Below are positions 43,762 through 54,967 of a stretch of DNA of 64,000 bases, one piece after another. The stretch's first letter is position 1, and each line of letters begins with the position of its first letter. The position numbers were made by a program, and so were the translations under genes. The DNA is taken from assembly GCA_964510095.1 (NCBI GenBank), contig CAZEAE010000001.1, positions 232,551-296,550 of the forward strand, written 5' to 3'. This DNA is from an uncultured Elusimicrobia bacterium (GTDB taxonomy: Bacteria; Elusimicrobiota; Elusimicrobia; UBA1565; UBA9628). Under the pieces are notes generated by a model. The model was not told where the DNA came from. It ran no database searches and worked only from the letters and a program-made list of their open reading frames with translations.

Positions 43762-45963
43762 ATGATCACCAAACACCCCTTGAAAAAAATATCCTTAGGC
43801 TTACTGGCGTCTTTCAGCCTTGTCCAGGGCGCCGGGGCCGCAGTCGAGCCCGCTCCCGCCGCCCCCGTGGTGGCCCAGCTCGTCGGCCGCATCTTCGAGC
43901 AGACCCACTACAACCATCACCCCATCGACGACACGGTCTCCCGGCAGCTCCTGATGCAGGCCATCGAAGCCTACGACTACAACCACATGATCTTCGACAA
44001 GGCCGACATCGACGACTTCCAGGCCCGCTACGGCGCCACCCTGGACGACCGCCTGCGCGAAGGAGACATCACCCCCGCCTATGAGATCTTCGAGAAATAC
44101 CTCCAGCGGCTGGAGGAGCGCGCCGCCCTGGTCAAGAAGCTGACCGCCGAGACCTTCACCTTCACCGCCGATGAGGCCCTCGTCGTCGACCGGCACGACG
44201 CCGCCTGGCCCGCCACGCCCGAGGAATCCTCGGACCTCTGGCGAAAGCGCGTCAAATACGAGGTCCTCCAAGAGAAGCTCGGCGGGACCAAGGCGGAAGA
44301 GCAGGCCAAGACCGTCAACCAGCGCTACGAGCGCCTGCTGCGCAGCTACAAGGAATACGACTCCAACGACGTCCTGCAGAGCTACCTCACCTCGCTGGCG
44401 CACACCTACGACCCGCATTCCGACTATATGGCCGCCCCGCAAGCCGAGAACTTCAACATCAGCATGCGGCTGTCGTTGGTGGGCATCGGAGCCGTGCTGC
44501 GCTCGGAAGACGGCTACGCCAAGATCGTCTCGCTGGTGCCCGGCGGACCGGCCGACACCGACAAGCGCCTCAAGCCCAACGACAAGATCGAGGCCGTGGC
44601 CCAGGGCGACGGCCCCTTCCTCGAGGTGGTCGGCATGAAGCTAGACCGGCTGGTCCAGCTCATCCGCGGGGAGAAAGGGACCACCGTGCGCCTGCGCGTG
44701 ATCCCCACCGACGCCATGGACCCCGCCACGCGCACGACCATCGCGCTCGTGCGCGAGGAGATCAAGCTCACCGACCAGGAGGCCAAGGCCAAGATCATCA
44801 CGACCCCCGCCCTCTCGGGGCGCGGCGGCCGCCGCATCGGCGTCATCGACCTGCCTTCTTTCTACGCCGACATGAAATCCGCCGGCGAAGCCAAGAGCAC
44901 GACCCGCGACGTCGAGAAGCTCATCACCGAGCTCCGGCGCGAAGGCATCGACGGCCTGATCATCGACCTGCGGCGCAACGGCGGAGGCTCCCTGTCGGAG
45001 GCGGTGACCTTGACCGGCATCTTCATCCCCGACGGGCCCGTCGTCCAGGTCAAGGACACCCATGGCCTCATCAAGAGCCTCCGAGACACCGACCCCGGCA
45101 TGGCCTACACCGGCCCCCTGGCCGTGCTCACCTCCCGGGCCTCGGCGTCGGCCTCCGAGATCTTCGCCGGCGCCCTGCAGGACTACGGCCGGGCGGTGAT
45201 CATCGGCGAGAAGAGCACCTTCGGCAAGGGGACCGTCCAGTCCGTCGTCGAGCTGGCCCAGTACCTGCCGGGCGCCATGCAGTCCTACAAACCGGGCGCG
45301 CTGAAGCTGACGATCCAGAAATTCTACCGCGTCTCGGGGGGCTCCACCCAGAACCGCGGCGTCATCCCCGACATCCGCCTGCCGTCCTTGACCGACTACA
45401 TGGACGTCACCGAGACCTCGCTCAAGAACGCCCTCCCTTATGATGAGGTCGAACAGGCGCGCTTCTCGCGCATAGACCTGGTCAGCCGCGCGATGAACCA
45501 GCTGCAAAAAGCCTCCACCGAACGGGTCAACGGCTCCAAGGAGTTCGCCTACGTGCGCGAGGACATCGAGCGCTTCAAGAAGCAGCTGGCCGACAAATCC
45601 GTCTCCCTCAACGAGAAGAAGCGGCTCGATGAGAAGAAGACCGACGAAGCCCTGACGCAGAGCCGTAAAAAAGAACGCGCCGCGCGCAAGGCGGTCAAGC
45701 CCGACGAGGTCGACATCACCCTGGCGTCCATAGACGCCGGCACGGCGCCCTTGCCCGTCAAGCCGCCCGAGGAGAAAAAGCCCGACGAAAAGGCGAAGGC
45801 CGACGGCAAGCACGGCGACCCCGAGGACGAGAGCTATGACAAAGCTCCGCCCGCGCCCGACGTCTACCTCGAAGAAAGCGTGCAGGTCGTCTCGGATCTG
45901 GCCGGCCTGACCGCCGTGCAGGGGGCGGCCGCCGGCTCGCCCGCCCCCGTCCTGACGCCGTAA
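43762..45963 (+). CDS. prc: Tail-specific (C-terminal processing) protease, S41 family
   Basis: PDZ segment ([14 protein letters not shown]); S41 catalytic region ([12 protein letters not shown]...[37 protein letters not shown]). Confidence 0.8.
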   Translation: MITKHPLKKISLGLLASFSLVQGAGAAVEPAPAAPVVAQLVGRIFEQTHYNHHPIDDTVSRQLLMQAIEAYDYNHMIFDKADIDDFQARYGATLDDRLREGDITPAYEIFEKYLQRLEERAALVKKLTAETFTFTADEALVVDRHDAAWPATPEESSDLWRKRVKYEVLQEKLGGTKAEEQAKTVNQRYERLLRSYKEYDSNDVLQSYLTSLAHTYDPHSDYMAAPQAENFNISMRLSLVGIGAVLRSEDGYAKIVSLVPGGPADTDKRLKPNDKIEAVAQGDGPFLEVVGMKLDRLVQLIRGEKGTTVRLRVIPTDAMDPATRTTIALVREEIKLTDQEAKAKIITTPALSGRGGRRIGVIDLPSFYADMKSAGEAKSTTRDVEKLITELRREGIDGLIIDLRRNGGGSLSEAVTLTGIFIPDGPVVQVKDTHGLIKSLRDTDPGMAYTGPLAVLTSRASASASEIFAGALQDYGRAVIIGEKSTFGKGTVQSVVELAQYLPGAMQSYKPGALKLTIQKFYRVSGGSTQNRGVIPDIRLPSLTDYMDVTETSLKNALPYDEVEQARFSRIDLVSRAMNQLQKASTERVNGSKEFAYVREDIERFKKQLADKSVSLNEKKRLDEKKTDEALTQSRKKERAARKAVKPDEVDITLASIDAGTAPLPVKPPEEKKPDEKAKADGKHGDPEDESYDKAPPAPDVYLEESVQVVSDLAGLTAVQGAAAGSPAPVLTP

Positions 45964-46019
45964 TTGGCGGCTGTGTTGCAACTTCTCTAGCAGCGCCCCC
46001 CGGGCCGCAGGAGCCTCCC

Positions 46020-48566
46020 ATGAACCTCGACCAATGGACCACCCGCTCCCAGCAAGCCCTGCAGGACGCCCAGCGCCTGGCGGAAAACCGCGGGCATCAG
46101 GAGCTCTCCGATGAGCACCTCCTGGAGGCCCTTTTGTCCCAGATCGAAGGCGTCGTGCCCGAGGTGCTGCGCAAGGCGGGCCTCGACCCGCGCGCCGCGG
46201 CCCAGGCCGTCGAGAAGGAGCTGGCCAAACGCCCGCGCGTCTCGGGCGAGACCGCCCAGCCCTACGCCTCCCGGGATCTGACGCGCGCGCTGAGCGCGGC
46301 GGAACAGCGCATGAAGGCGATGAAGGACGAGTTCGTCTCCGTCGAGCACCTCCTCCTGGGCCTGCTCGATGCCGGCGCCTCCGCCGCCCGCCTGCTCGCG
46401 GGCCTTGGACTCACGCCCGACAAGGCGCTGGCCGCGCTGGCCTCGGTGCGCGGTTCGCAGAGGGTCACCAGCCCGGACCCCGAGGGCACCTTCCAGGCGC
46501 TGGAGAAATACGGCCGCGACCTGACCTCGCAGGCGCGGCGCGGCAAGCTCGACCCGGTCATAGGCCGCGACTCCGAGATCCGGCGCGTCATCCAGGTCCT
46601 ATCACGCAGGACGAAGAACAACCCGGTCCTCATCGGAGAGCCCGGCGTAGGCAAGACCGCCATCGTCGAGGGCCTGGCCCAGCGGGTGGTGGCCGGAGAC
46701 GTCCCCGAAGGCATCAAGGACAAGAAGGTCATCGCCCTGGACCTCGGCTCCCTGGTGGCCGGCGCCAAATACCGCGGAGAATTCGAGGAGCGCCTCAAGG
46801 CCGTGCTCAAGGAAGTGACGGCCCAAGAGGGCAAGATCATCCTGTTCATCGACGAGCTCCATACGCTGGTGGGGGCCGGCGCCGCCGAGGGCGGCATGGA
46901 CGCGGCCAACATGCTCAAGCCGATGCTGGCGCGAGGCGAACTGCGCTGCGTCGGGGCGACCACGCTCGATGAGTACAAGAAGCATATCGAGAAAGACGCG
47001 GCGCTGGAGCGCAGGTTCCAACCCGTCATGGTGGGCGAGCCCACGGTGGAAGACACCATCGCGATCTTGCGCGGCCTCAAGGAGCGCTATGAGGTCCACC
47101 ATGGCGTCGTCATCCGAGACGCCGCGCTGGTGGCCGCGGCCGTCCTATCCTCGCGCTACATCAGCGACCGCTTCCTCCCGGACAAAGCCATCGACCTTGT
47201 CGACGAGGCCTCCAGCCGCCTGCGCATGGAGATCGACTCGATGCCCCTGGAGCTCGATGATAAGGAGCGGCGCATCCGTCAGCTGGAGATCGAAGCCACC
47301 GCGCTTCGCAAGGAGTCCGACGCGCCCAGCCGTGATCGCCTGAAGGCGATCGAAAAGGAGCTCAAAACCCTCAAGGACGCTTCCAAGGAGCTGCGCGCGC
47401 ACTGGGAGAAGGAGAAGGCCTTCATCCTGCGCCTGCGCGGGGCCAAAGCCAAAACCGATGAGCTCAAGACCGAGGAGAAGCGCGCCGAGCGTCAAGGCGA
47501 CCTGGCCCGCGCCGCCGAGATCCGTTTCGGCCGCCTGCCTGAGCTCACGAGAGAGGCCGAGGCCGCCCGAAAGGACCTCGCCGCGCTCCAAGCCGACCGC
47601 AAGCTGCTCAAGGAAGAGGTCGACGAGGAGGACGTGGCCCAGGTCGTGGCCCGCTGGACGGGCATCCCGGTCTCCAAGCTCCTGGAAGGCCAGACGCAGA
47701 AGCTCCTGAAGATGGAGGAGTCCCTGCACGAGCGCATCGTCGGCCAAGACGAAGCGGTGACCGCCGTCTGCGAGGCCGTGCGGCGCTCGCGCGCCGGGCT
47801 TTCCGACCCCGAGCGCCCCATCGGCTGCTTCCTGCTGATGGGCCCCACCGGCGTAGGCAAGACGGAGCTTTCGCGCTCCCTGGCCGAGTACCTCTTCGAC
47901 TCGGAGAAGAACATGGTCCGCGTCGACATGACCGAGTACATGGAAAAGCATTCCGTATCGCGCCTCATCGGCGCGCCCCCGGGCTACATCGGCTACGAGG
48001 AGGGCGGCCAGTTGACCGAGGCGGTGCGGCGCAAGCCTTACTGCGTGCTGCTGCTCGACGAAGTGGAAAAGGCCCATCCCGACGTCTTCAACATCCTCCT
48101 GCAGATCATGGAGGACGGCCGCCTGACCGACGGCCAGGGCCGGACGGTCAATTTCAAGAACACGATCCTGCTGATGACCTCCAACGTCGAGCAGGACGCG
48201 CTCAAGGACCGCTTCCGCCCCGAGTTCTTGAACCGCATCGACGAGATACTCCTCTTCCGTTCGCTGACGCCCAAGGACCTGCGGCGCATCGTAGACATCC
48301 AGCTGAAAAGGGTCTCCGAGCGCCTGACGGACAAGCGCATCACGCTGACCGTCAGCGAAGAGGCCAAGGACTTCCTGGCCCATCAAGGCTACGATCCGGC
48401 CTACGGCGCGCGCCCGCTCAAGCGCGCCGTGCAGAAGCACCTGGTCGACCCTTTGGCCAAGCTGCTCTTGACCGGCGAAGTCAGGGAAGGCCAGAAGGTG
48501 GAGATCGACGCGGGTTCCGGGCGTCTGAGCTTCCGGACGGCCAAGAAAAAGGACCTGGCATCCTAA
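46020..48566 (+). CDS. clpB: ATP-dependent chaperone ClpB
   Basis: 848 aa with two AAA+ modules (Walker A GEPGVGKT and GPTGVGKT) and a coiled-coil middle domain. Confidence 0.9.
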   Translation: MNLDQWTTRSQQALQDAQRLAENRGHQELSDEHLLEALLSQIEGVVPEVLRKAGLDPRAAAQAVEKELAKRPRVSGETAQPYASRDLTRALSAAEQRMKAMKDEFVSVEHLLLGLLDAGASAARLLAGLGLTPDKALAALASVRGSQRVTSPDPEGTFQALEKYGRDLTSQARRGKLDPVIGRDSEIRRVIQVLSRRTKNNPVLIGEPGVGKTAIVEGLAQRVVAGDVPEGIKDKKVIALDLGSLVAGAKYRGEFEERLKAVLKEVTAQEGKIILFIDELHTLVGAGAAEGGMDAANMLKPMLARGELRCVGATTLDEYKKHIEKDAALERRFQPVMVGEPTVEDTIAILRGLKERYEVHHGVVIRDAALVAAAVLSSRYISDRFLPDKAIDLVDEASSRLRMEIDSMPLELDDKERRIRQLEIEATALRKESDAPSRDRLKAIEKELKTLKDASKELRAHWEKEKAFILRLRGAKAKTDELKTEEKRAERQGDLARAAEIRFGRLPELTREAEAARKDLAALQADRKLLKEEVDEEDVAQVVARWTGIPVSKLLEGQTQKLLKMEESLHERIVGQDEAVTAVCEAVRRSRAGLSDPERPIGCFLLMGPTGVGKTELSRSLAEYLFDSEKNMVRVDMTEYMEKHSVSRLIGAPPGYIGYEEGGQLTEAVRRKPYCVLLLDEVEKAHPDVFNILLQIMEDGRLTDGQGRTVNFKNTILLMTSNVEQDALKDRFRPEFLNRIDEILLFRSLTPKDLRRIVDIQLKRVSERLTDKRITLTVSEEAKDFLAHQGYDPAYGARPLKRAVQKHLVDPLAKLLLTGEVREGQKVEIDAGSGRLSFRTAKKKDLAS

Positions 48567-48590
48567 CGCCGCCGGGGCTATACTTCGGAC

Positions 48591-49712
48591 ATGAGGCCGC
48601 TCACCCCCGGCGCCGCCCTCCTGCTCTGCCTATGGGCCCTTCCCCTGCGGGCGGCCTCGGCGCCCGAGGCTTGCCCCTTCAAAGCCCATAGCCCCGACGG
48701 CTCCCCCCACCCCATCGAGGACAGGCTCTGCGGCCGGCTCAAGGCCTTCGAGCGCCACATCAAGCGCCTGACCGCGGCGGCCTCCTTCGGGGCCAAGGAG
48801 CTGTCTTACTTCCAGCCGCTCACCGCGGACCCCGCCTCCGCGATCAACGCCTGGTATCACCCGAGCGCCCACTCCCTCGAAGTGAGTTGGGCCTTCCTCG
48901 AAGCCTTCGAGGGCGACGCGCCGGCCGCCATCGACACCTTGGCCCATGAGATCGGCCATGCCGTGCAGGACCGCGAAGGGGCCTTCGACTGGGACGAGGA
49001 GGGCAAACCCGAAGAAGAAGTCCTCCAGCGCTCGCGCGTCATCGAGGCTCAGGCAGACGCCATCGGCACCGAGCTTCTGTCGCGCGCCGGCTACCCGGCG
49101 TCGACGTCGCAGGCCAGCAACGAGCAGTTCTTCGACTGCACGGTGATCCGCGGCGACAAGGACGCCGTCGGCAAGAACCACCCGGCCCCCACGCAGCGCT
49201 GGCTCAACAGCCTCAAGGGCAAGGAGCACCTGGCCTCGGGCACGCTCAGGGTGGGGCGAATCGAGTCGCGCCTCAACGAGACGCTCGGCCGAAGCGAGAC
49301 CGGAGCCGCAGCGGTCTTCGACGGGGCGGCCGCCCGGTCCGGCGAAACGCCCGCCTTCCTGCCGATGGGAGCGGATTCCTTCAAGCCCAAAGCCGGCCTC
49401 AACGACTTCGACGCGCATGGGCGCCTCTTGCCCGGGCGCATGGCTTCGGCCGACCTGCGCGCCAAGGCGCCGCCGCCGAATTCCGGCGCGGTGCGCCAGC
49501 ACGCTTATTACATCCGAGCCAGCTACCTCGACCGCGCCGCCGACGCTTGGCAGAAGGCCGTCGACTGGGCGGCCACCAGCGCGCCCGCGGCCGACTTGGC
49601 CGTGCAGGCCTGCGGCAAGGCGTCGGGCCAGACCTACGGCGAAGCGGTGTCCTACGGCGCGAAAGACTGGGCCAAGAGGGCGGCCGAAGACGTGGCGCGC
49701 TGGTTAAAGTAA
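48591..49712 (+). CDS. Hypothetical secreted protein with an HExxH..Q motif (LAHEIGHAVQD; DUF4157-like putative metallopeptidase core)
   Basis: Signal peptide plus the motif. It is paralogous in motif context to the products of 35871..36851 and 52907..53824. Confidence 0.5.
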   Translation: MRPLTPGAALLLCLWALPLRAASAPEACPFKAHSPDGSPHPIEDRLCGRLKAFERHIKRLTAAASFGAKELSYFQPLTADPASAINAWYHPSAHSLEVSWAFLEAFEGDAPAAIDTLAHEIGHAVQDREGAFDWDEEGKPEEEVLQRSRVIEAQADAIGTELLSRAGYPASTSQASNEQFFDCTVIRGDKDAVGKNHPAPTQRWLNSLKGKEHLASGTLRVGRIESRLNETLGRSETGAAAVFDGAAARSGETPAFLPMGADSFKPKAGLNDFDAHGRLLPGRMASADLRAKAPPPNSGAVRQHAYYIRASYLDRAADAWQKAVDWAATSAPAADLAVQACGKASGQTYGEAVSYGAKDWAKRAAEDVARWLK

Positions 49713-49718
49713 TAGGGC

Positions 49719-50432
49719 ATGGACCTGGTCAAGATCCACAAGGACCTGCTGGCGGCCTTGAAGCCCCTGACCTTCCGGCCCCCCGTCGCCGTCGTCTACA
49801 ACCCGCTGACCTACGCCTGGCGGCCCTTCGAGCAGTACCTCAAGCGCTACGGCACGGGCCATAAGGAAGTCGTCCTCTTAGGAATGAACCCCGGCCCCTG
49901 GGGCATGGCGCAGACCGGCGTCCCTTTCGGCGAGGTGGGGATCGTCCGCCATTGGCTCAAGATCGACGGCCGCATCACCCGCCCCGCCGTCGAGCACCCC
50001 AAGCGCCCCATCCAAGGGTTTGCCTGCCCGCGCAGCGAGGTCAGCGGCGCCCGGCTTTGGGGCTGGGCGCGCGACACCTTCCATACGCCGCAGCGCTTCT
50101 TCTCCAGGTTCTTCGTCGCCAACTACTGCCCGCTGGCTTTCATGGAAGAAAGCGGCCGCAACCTCACCCCGGACAAGCTGCCCGCCGCCGAGCGCGCCTT
50201 GGTGGAAGCTGCTTGCGACCAGGCCCTGCAGCGCCTGGTCCACTACTGGAGGCCGCGCCACGTCATCGGCGTCGGCGCCTTCGCCGCCCAGCGGGCGCAG
50301 GGCGCGTTAAAAGGGTTCGACCTGACGGTAGGCACCGTCCTGCATCCCAGCCCCGCCAGCCCCGCGGCCAACCGCGGCTGGGCCAAGGCCGCCCAGGCCC
50401 AGCTGCTCAAACAGAACATCCGCCTGCCCTAG
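49719..50432 (+). CDS. Single-strand-selective monofunctional uracil-DNA glycosylase (SMUG1 family)
   Basis: GMNPGPWGMAQTGVPFG matches the SMUG1 family signature. Confidence 0.75.
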   Translation: MDLVKIHKDLLAALKPLTFRPPVAVVYNPLTYAWRPFEQYLKRYGTGHKEVVLLGMNPGPWGMAQTGVPFGEVGIVRHWLKIDGRITRPAVEHPKRPIQGFACPRSEVSGARLWGWARDTFHTPQRFFSRFFVANYCPLAFMEESGRNLTPDKLPAAERALVEAACDQALQRLVHYWRPRHVIGVGAFAAQRAQGALKGFDLTVGTVLHPSPASPAANRGWAKAAQAQLLKQNIRLP

Positions 50433-50504
50433 GCGCGCAGTCTCCTCGTAAAGGGAACCAAATCGGCACCTCAATCGTATAAGAGTAGAGGCTTTTTCTG
50501 GGCC

Positions 50505-50533
50505 TTGCGTGATAGCTATTTAATAGCTATATT
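50505..50533 (+). promoter_or_regulatory. Sigma70-type promoter (TTGCGT-N17-TATATT) with an embedded 19-bp palindromic operator (ATAGCTATTTAATAGCTAT)
   Basis: -35 at 50505..50510 and -10 at 50528..50533. The perfect palindrome at 50512..50530 sits in an AT-rich patch 50 nt upstream of the brnA-like start. Confidence 0.5.
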
Positions 50534-50581
50534 AAATGAAACTACTCCAAGACGACGCGACGGCGCAGTGAAGGAGGCTTT

Positions 50582-50839
50582 ATGCGGCAAGCACGCAAAC
50601 CCAAGCGTAAGAGCAAGGAAGCGTTCGATCCCATCCTCCACGAGTTCGAGACGAAAGACCTTGCCGAAGACATCATCCGAAGCGGCGTCGCCGTCGTCAT
50701 CCGCCCCAAACAGATGGCGACCTCCATCTTGCTGCCCCCCGCCATCATCGAGAAGCTCAAGGTCAAAGCCGCCAAGCGCGGGATCGGCTACCAGACCATG
50801 CTCAAGATCATCGTACACGAACACGTCGACGATTATTAA
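50582..50839 (+). CDS. BrnA-like (CopG/RHH-related) antitoxin-family protein
   Basis: An RBS (GAAGGAGG) lies 5 nt upstream. The C-terminus ILLPPAIIEKLKVKAAKRGIGYQTMLKIIVHEHVD matches the BrnA consensus (LP..L...K..A...G..YQ.L.K..L...V). Confidence 0.5.
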   Translation: MRQARKPKRKSKEAFDPILHEFETKDLAEDIIRSGVAVVIRPKQMATSILLPPAIIEKLKVKAAKRGIGYQTMLKIIVHEHVDDY

Positions 50840-50915
50840 GGTAGGCCTTTAGCCTGCCTCCTGACTAGGTCCAAATCCCCTGGGAGCGGGCGGCCGCCCA
50901 GGCTATAATCCTTTC

Positions 50916-52910
50916 ATGAGCCTTCGCCGCGCATTGGCCGCCCTGCTGACCCTGTGCCTGCCGTCCTTGGCACTGGCCGTCCAGCTCTCGGTCAAACCCA
51001 CCATCGTACCGCTGGCGCTTCCCAGCGCCGCAATAGGCGCCGCGCCCACGCTTTCGCTGACGCCACGGCTTCTTAGCCTCACTCCGACGCTGGCCGCCCC
51101 CTCCCTGATACCGGCGCCCGCGCTGGCGCCCGCTCCCGCCGTCACCGTGGAAGCCTCGCTCCAGGACTTCGGCGCCCAGCTGGCGCCGCTGGCCCAAGGC
51201 GAAGCCCACACCGCCGCCCTGTCGCAGACGCTCGGCGGCTTCTTCGACGGCTCAGCGGCCCTGCCCGAGGCGTCGGTCCCCGCCGAGGCCTCGCCGGTCC
51301 AGAAGCGGGCGCTGTCTTCGATCAAGCAGCTCAAGGTCGGCACCTACAACGTGCTCAACCTCTTCAACAGCGTCGGCAAGCATGAGCCCGACCCAGCCAA
51401 CCCCGGCAAGCTCAAGCAGGTCACTCCCGCCGCGCCCAAGGATGACGCGGCCCTGCGCGGCGAAGGCAAGGCCATCTTGGAAAGCGACCTCGACCTCGTC
51501 GTCCTGCAGGAAGTGGAAGATATTCAGGCCTTGAACGACTTCAATAATCGCCACCTCGATGGCCGCTACCGCACCTTCCTCATCGAGGGCAACGACGAGC
51601 GCGGCATCGACGTCGCCTTCCTGGTGAAGAAGGACCTCCCCTTCGACGTCGAATATCGTACGCACAAGGATGACGCATGGGTCGATCCCATCCTCGGCGG
51701 TCCGCCCAGACCCTTGTTCTCGCGCGACCTGCCGCAGATGATCGTGCGCGCCGAAGGCTCGGCCAAGCCCCTCTTCATCGTCTTCGGCACCCACTTCAAG
51801 AGCAAGCGCGACCGCCCCGGCGACCCCGAGTCGCGCATCGTGGCCAAGGCCCAGGCCGAGCGCGCCGCCCAGGTCATCGAAGAGGCCCGCAAGGAGTTCG
51901 GCGCGGACGTCCCCTTGATGCTGGCCGGCGACTTCAACGGCGACGTCAACAAGGACGACACCTTCGACGCCCTCTGGAAGCAGGCCAAGCTCCTCAACAG
52001 CCTCGACCTGCGCCAACCGCCCGTGCCGCTCTCGGAGCGGGTCACGCACACCTATCACCCGCGCGAAGGCCCCGCCCACATGGCCCAGATGGACGCAGTC
52101 GCGGTCTCCGGGAGCCTCAAGGCTCTGGTGCAGGACGCCGAGATCTACCGCTACCGCGGCGAAGACGGCAAGACCAAGGCCATCCCGAAGACCTACGAAG
52201 AGCGCAGCAGGAACCCTTCCGACCACTTCCCGCTCTTCATCACGCTGGACTTCCAGCCGCTGGTGCGCCGCGCCCAGCCGGCCGCTATGGCCGACGTCGC
52301 GCCCGCCCTGAGCCTCCAGACCGAGGTCCTCTCCTCCGTCGGCCGCGAACTGGGCCTGGGGATGCTCGAGGTCTCGATGCTGATGGCCGCCTCCTCCAAA
52401 GGCCCCACGCTGGGAGACTGGGTACGCCTTGAGCGCCGCTTTTCGAAGCTCGAAGCCACCCGCGAGGAGATCTGGGCCGCCGCCGCCCAAGCGGTCAGTT
52501 CGACCGGCATCAAGCGCAAGCTCGCCCAAGGACAACGCACCGACCAGAGAGACTTCTTCCGGCTCGCTGAAACCGTCAAGCAAGCCGACCAGGAGCTGAT
52601 CATCGTGCGCAACAACCGCTTCCTGAACTGGCGTCAGGCTTGGGCTGCCGGAGACCGGCGCGCCGCGGAGGTCTCCTTCGAAGCCGCTTCGGCCGAGTTG
52701 GAGGGCGAAGAGCTGCACATGCTCATCGGCCGCCTCGGGGCCGGAGCGGACGCCCAGGCGCTGCGCGTGACGCTCTCCTTGAGCGTCGGCGGCTCGTCGG
52801 CGGTGCGCAAGCTTTTAGACAGCCTGTCGGCTTCGCCGTCGCTGACGCCCGCCCATCGCGCCCAGCTCGGCAAGCTGGCCGCCCGCCTCCAAACCCTAGG
52901 CGTCCTCTAA
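50916..52910 (+). CDS. Secreted endonuclease/exonuclease/phosphatase (EEP) family protein with a long C-terminal helical extension
   Basis: Signal peptide and Pro/Ala/Leu-rich linker. The EEP motifs are VGTYNVLNLF, DLVVLQEVED, GIDVAFLV and SDHFPLFITL. Confidence 0.65.
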   Translation: MSLRRALAALLTLCLPSLALAVQLSVKPTIVPLALPSAAIGAAPTLSLTPRLLSLTPTLAAPSLIPAPALAPAPAVTVEASLQDFGAQLAPLAQGEAHTAALSQTLGGFFDGSAALPEASVPAEASPVQKRALSSIKQLKVGTYNVLNLFNSVGKHEPDPANPGKLKQVTPAAPKDDAALRGEGKAILESDLDLVVLQEVEDIQALNDFNNRHLDGRYRTFLIEGNDERGIDVAFLVKKDLPFDVEYRTHKDDAWVDPILGGPPRPLFSRDLPQMIVRAEGSAKPLFIVFGTHFKSKRDRPGDPESRIVAKAQAERAAQVIEEARKEFGADVPLMLAGDFNGDVNKDDTFDALWKQAKLLNSLDLRQPPVPLSERVTHTYHPREGPAHMAQMDAVAVSGSLKALVQDAEIYRYRGEDGKTKAIPKTYEERSRNPSDHFPLFITLDFQPLVRRAQPAAMADVAPALSLQTEVLSSVGRELGLGMLEVSMLMAASSKGPTLGDWVRLERRFSKLEATREEIWAAAAQAVSSTGIKRKLAQGQRTDQRDFFRLAETVKQADQELIIVRNNRFLNWRQAWAAGDRRAAEVSFEAASAELEGEELHMLIGRLGAGADAQALRVTLSLSVGGSSAVRKLLDSLSASPSLTPAHRAQLGKLAARLQTLGVL

Positions 52911-53824
52911 GGCGCGGCGCAAGCCGAAGACGGCCCCGCCGGGACGACCTCGTCGCGGAACCAGGTCTGGATATCGACAGCCTCTTCTTCATAAGAGCCG
53001 TTCAAGTCCTGAGTGAAGTCCGCACGATCGTAGACGGCCTGCATGTGGTGGGCCAGCTCATGGGCCAAAGAATCGTCCGGCGAACGCTTGAGCCGCGCGT
53101 AGTAGCCGGCCTCGTCGATGAGGAAGACCTCCCCAGTCTTGAAGGAATAGGCGTTGCTGAACATCTCCGGGCGGCCGCCCCACTGCTTCTCCACCGCGTC
53201 CTGGAAGCGCGAAAGCTCCGTCTCGCTCTCGAAAAGCACGCTCGGCACGGGCTTGCTCGCGTCCAAGTGCCAGCGCGCGCGGCGCTTGGCCACCATGGCC
53301 AGCACGCAGGAGGTCTTGAAGCGCGGACGCGCCGGCGCCAGGCAGGGGTCGGCCCCGCCGGCGACATGAAGCTGCCGGAACCAATCTTGCACGCGGACGG
53401 CCTCGACCTCGAGAGCGTCCTGGTCGGATTGGGGGTTGTCCTTTTCCCCCTTATAGTAATACTGGAAATAATGGGTGTACTCATGAGCCAGCGAATCGTC
53501 CAGCGTGCGCCCTTTCTGATAGAACTTCGCTTTGTCGGCCAAGAATATCGCGTTCTGCTTGGGCAAGAACATATTGGTGACCACGTCGTAGCCCTGCGCC
53601 GTGCCGTACTCGGCCTTGAGCGCGGCTTGAAAGATAGACACCTTGATCTTGCTGGCGTAGAAGACGGCGGGCGCGGTCAGCTCGGGGCGGACCGGCGCCT
53701 TCATCCGGCGGCTGACGGCCTCGAAGACGCAGCGCGGCTCGTATTTTAGCGCCGCCACCTCGTCTGCAGCCGCCGCGGGGCCGGCAAATAGGACGGCCAA
53801 GGAGAGGGCGAGGAGGGGTCTCAC
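52907..53824 (-). CDS. Secreted protein with two tandem HExxH..Q modules (LAHEYTHYFQ and LAHELAHHMQ; DUF4157-like)
   Basis: Signal peptide, then an internal duplication of about 130 aa, each copy carrying the motif. Confidence 0.55.
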   Translation of the reverse strand: MRPLLALSLAVLFAGPAAAADEVAALKYEPRCVFEAVSRRMKAPVRPELTAPAVFYASKIKVSIFQAALKAEYGTAQGYDVVTNMFLPKQNAIFLADKAKFYQKGRTLDDSLAHEYTHYFQYYYKGEKDNPQSDQDALEVEAVRVQDWFRQLHVAGGADPCLAPARPRFKTSCVLAMVAKRRARWHLDASKPVPSVLFESETELSRFQDAVEKQWGGRPEMFSNAYSFKTGEVFLIDEAGYYARLKRSPDDSLAHELAHHMQAVYDRADFTQDLNGSYEEEAVDIQTWFRDEVVPAGPSSACAAP

Positions 53825-53848
53825 CTCTTTAGGATAACAGGCGATCTT

Positions 53849-54379
53849 TCATTTCGCCAGGGGGGCTTCTTTGATCGGGATGTAAAGCGAGCCCTCCGGG
53901 CTGGACCGGCTTTCGAAGAGGAGCAGGCGGTCCACTCTTTGGGCCAGCTTCAGCGGCGGGACTTGCCTGAGCGCGGCCTTCATCGCCTCGCGCTTGCCCA
54001 AGCCGCGCCGGCGGCCCAGGGTCACGTGAGGGCAAAAGGGCCGGTCCTGCGGCCCGCAAGCAGCGGCCAGCGCACCGAGCGGTTCGGCGCCTTCCTCGAT
54101 CCCCAACCACACGGCCCTGGGGTCCTCCAGTGAGTCGAAGGCCCCGATGCCGCCGAAGGTGACTGTAAAGCTCGGCCGGTCCGCCGCCCGGCGCAGGACC
54201 TCCTCCAGAGCCGGCAGGCGCTCCAGGGGAGTCTCGCCGAGGAAGTTCAGCGTCAGATGCAGGCCCTTGGGCTTGACCCAGCGATACTCCGCGCCGCAGG
54301 CGCGCAGCCGCTCGATGAGCGCGGCCGCCGCCGCGCCCACCTCGTCTGAGACCGCTAGACCGAAGAAGAGCCGCATCAA
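53849..54379 (-). CDS. thpR: RNA 2',3'-cyclic phosphodiesterase (2H phosphoesterase, ThpR/LigT)
   Basis: Two H-x-T/S-x motifs: HLTLNFLG and HVTLGR. Confidence 0.7.
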   Translation of the reverse strand: MMRLFFGLAVSDEVGAAAAALIERLRACGAEYRWVKPKGLHLTLNFLGETPLERLPALEEVLRRAADRPSFTVTFGGIGAFDSLEDPRAVWLGIEEGAEPLGALAAACGPQDRPFCPHVTLGRRRGLGKREAMKAALRQVPPLKLAQRVDRLLLFESRSSPEGSLYIPIKEAPLAK

Positions 54380-54396
54380 AAGATATAATAGCCGTC

Positions 54397-54843
54397 GTGA
54401 GAGCGTTAATCCAGCGCGTCAGCCGCGCCGCGGTCTCCTTTCCCGATGGTGCGCCGCGCGCCATCGGCCGCGGTTATCTGATCTTCCTGGGCATAGGCAA
54501 GGGAGACACCGAAGACGCCGCCAAGCGCCTGGCCGAGAAGATCGTCAATCTGCGGATCTTCTCCAACGAAAACGGCAAGTTCGACTTCTCCCTGCTTGCG
54601 GAGAAAGGCGAAGCCCTGGTGATCTCGCAGTTCACCCTGTTCGGCGAAGCCAAAGGCGGCCGCCGGCCGGATTTTGCCGCCGCCGCCGCCCCGGACCTGG
54701 CCAAGCCTCTCTACGAAGCCTTCGCCCGGCTGCTGAGCGGCCACGGGGTAGCGGTCAAGACCGGCGAGTTCGGCGCCCACATGCAGGTCGAGTCGGTCAA
54801 CGACGGCCCCGTCACGCTCTGGCTCGACACCGAGCGCCTTTAG
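54397..54843 (+). CDS. dtd: D-aminoacyl-tRNA deacylase
   Basis: MRALIQRVS...SQFTLFG...GPVTLWLD; 148 aa, full-length Dtd-like. Confidence 0.8.
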   Translation: MRALIQRVSRAAVSFPDGAPRAIGRGYLIFLGIGKGDTEDAAKRLAEKIVNLRIFSNENGKFDFSLLAEKGEALVISQFTLFGEAKGGRRPDFAAAAAPDLAKPLYEAFARLLSGHGVAVKTGEFGAHMQVESVNDGPVTLWLDTERL

Positions 54844-54967
54844 GCCTAGGCCCTGGACGGCCCATAAGGCCTATTGAGCGCAATCAACCTCTTGTCTTGA
54901 CTCCTATCATTGGGAAAAAAGGCCCCAGGGGGTATCCTATAGGGGTCGCAATAGATAAGGAGAATTT

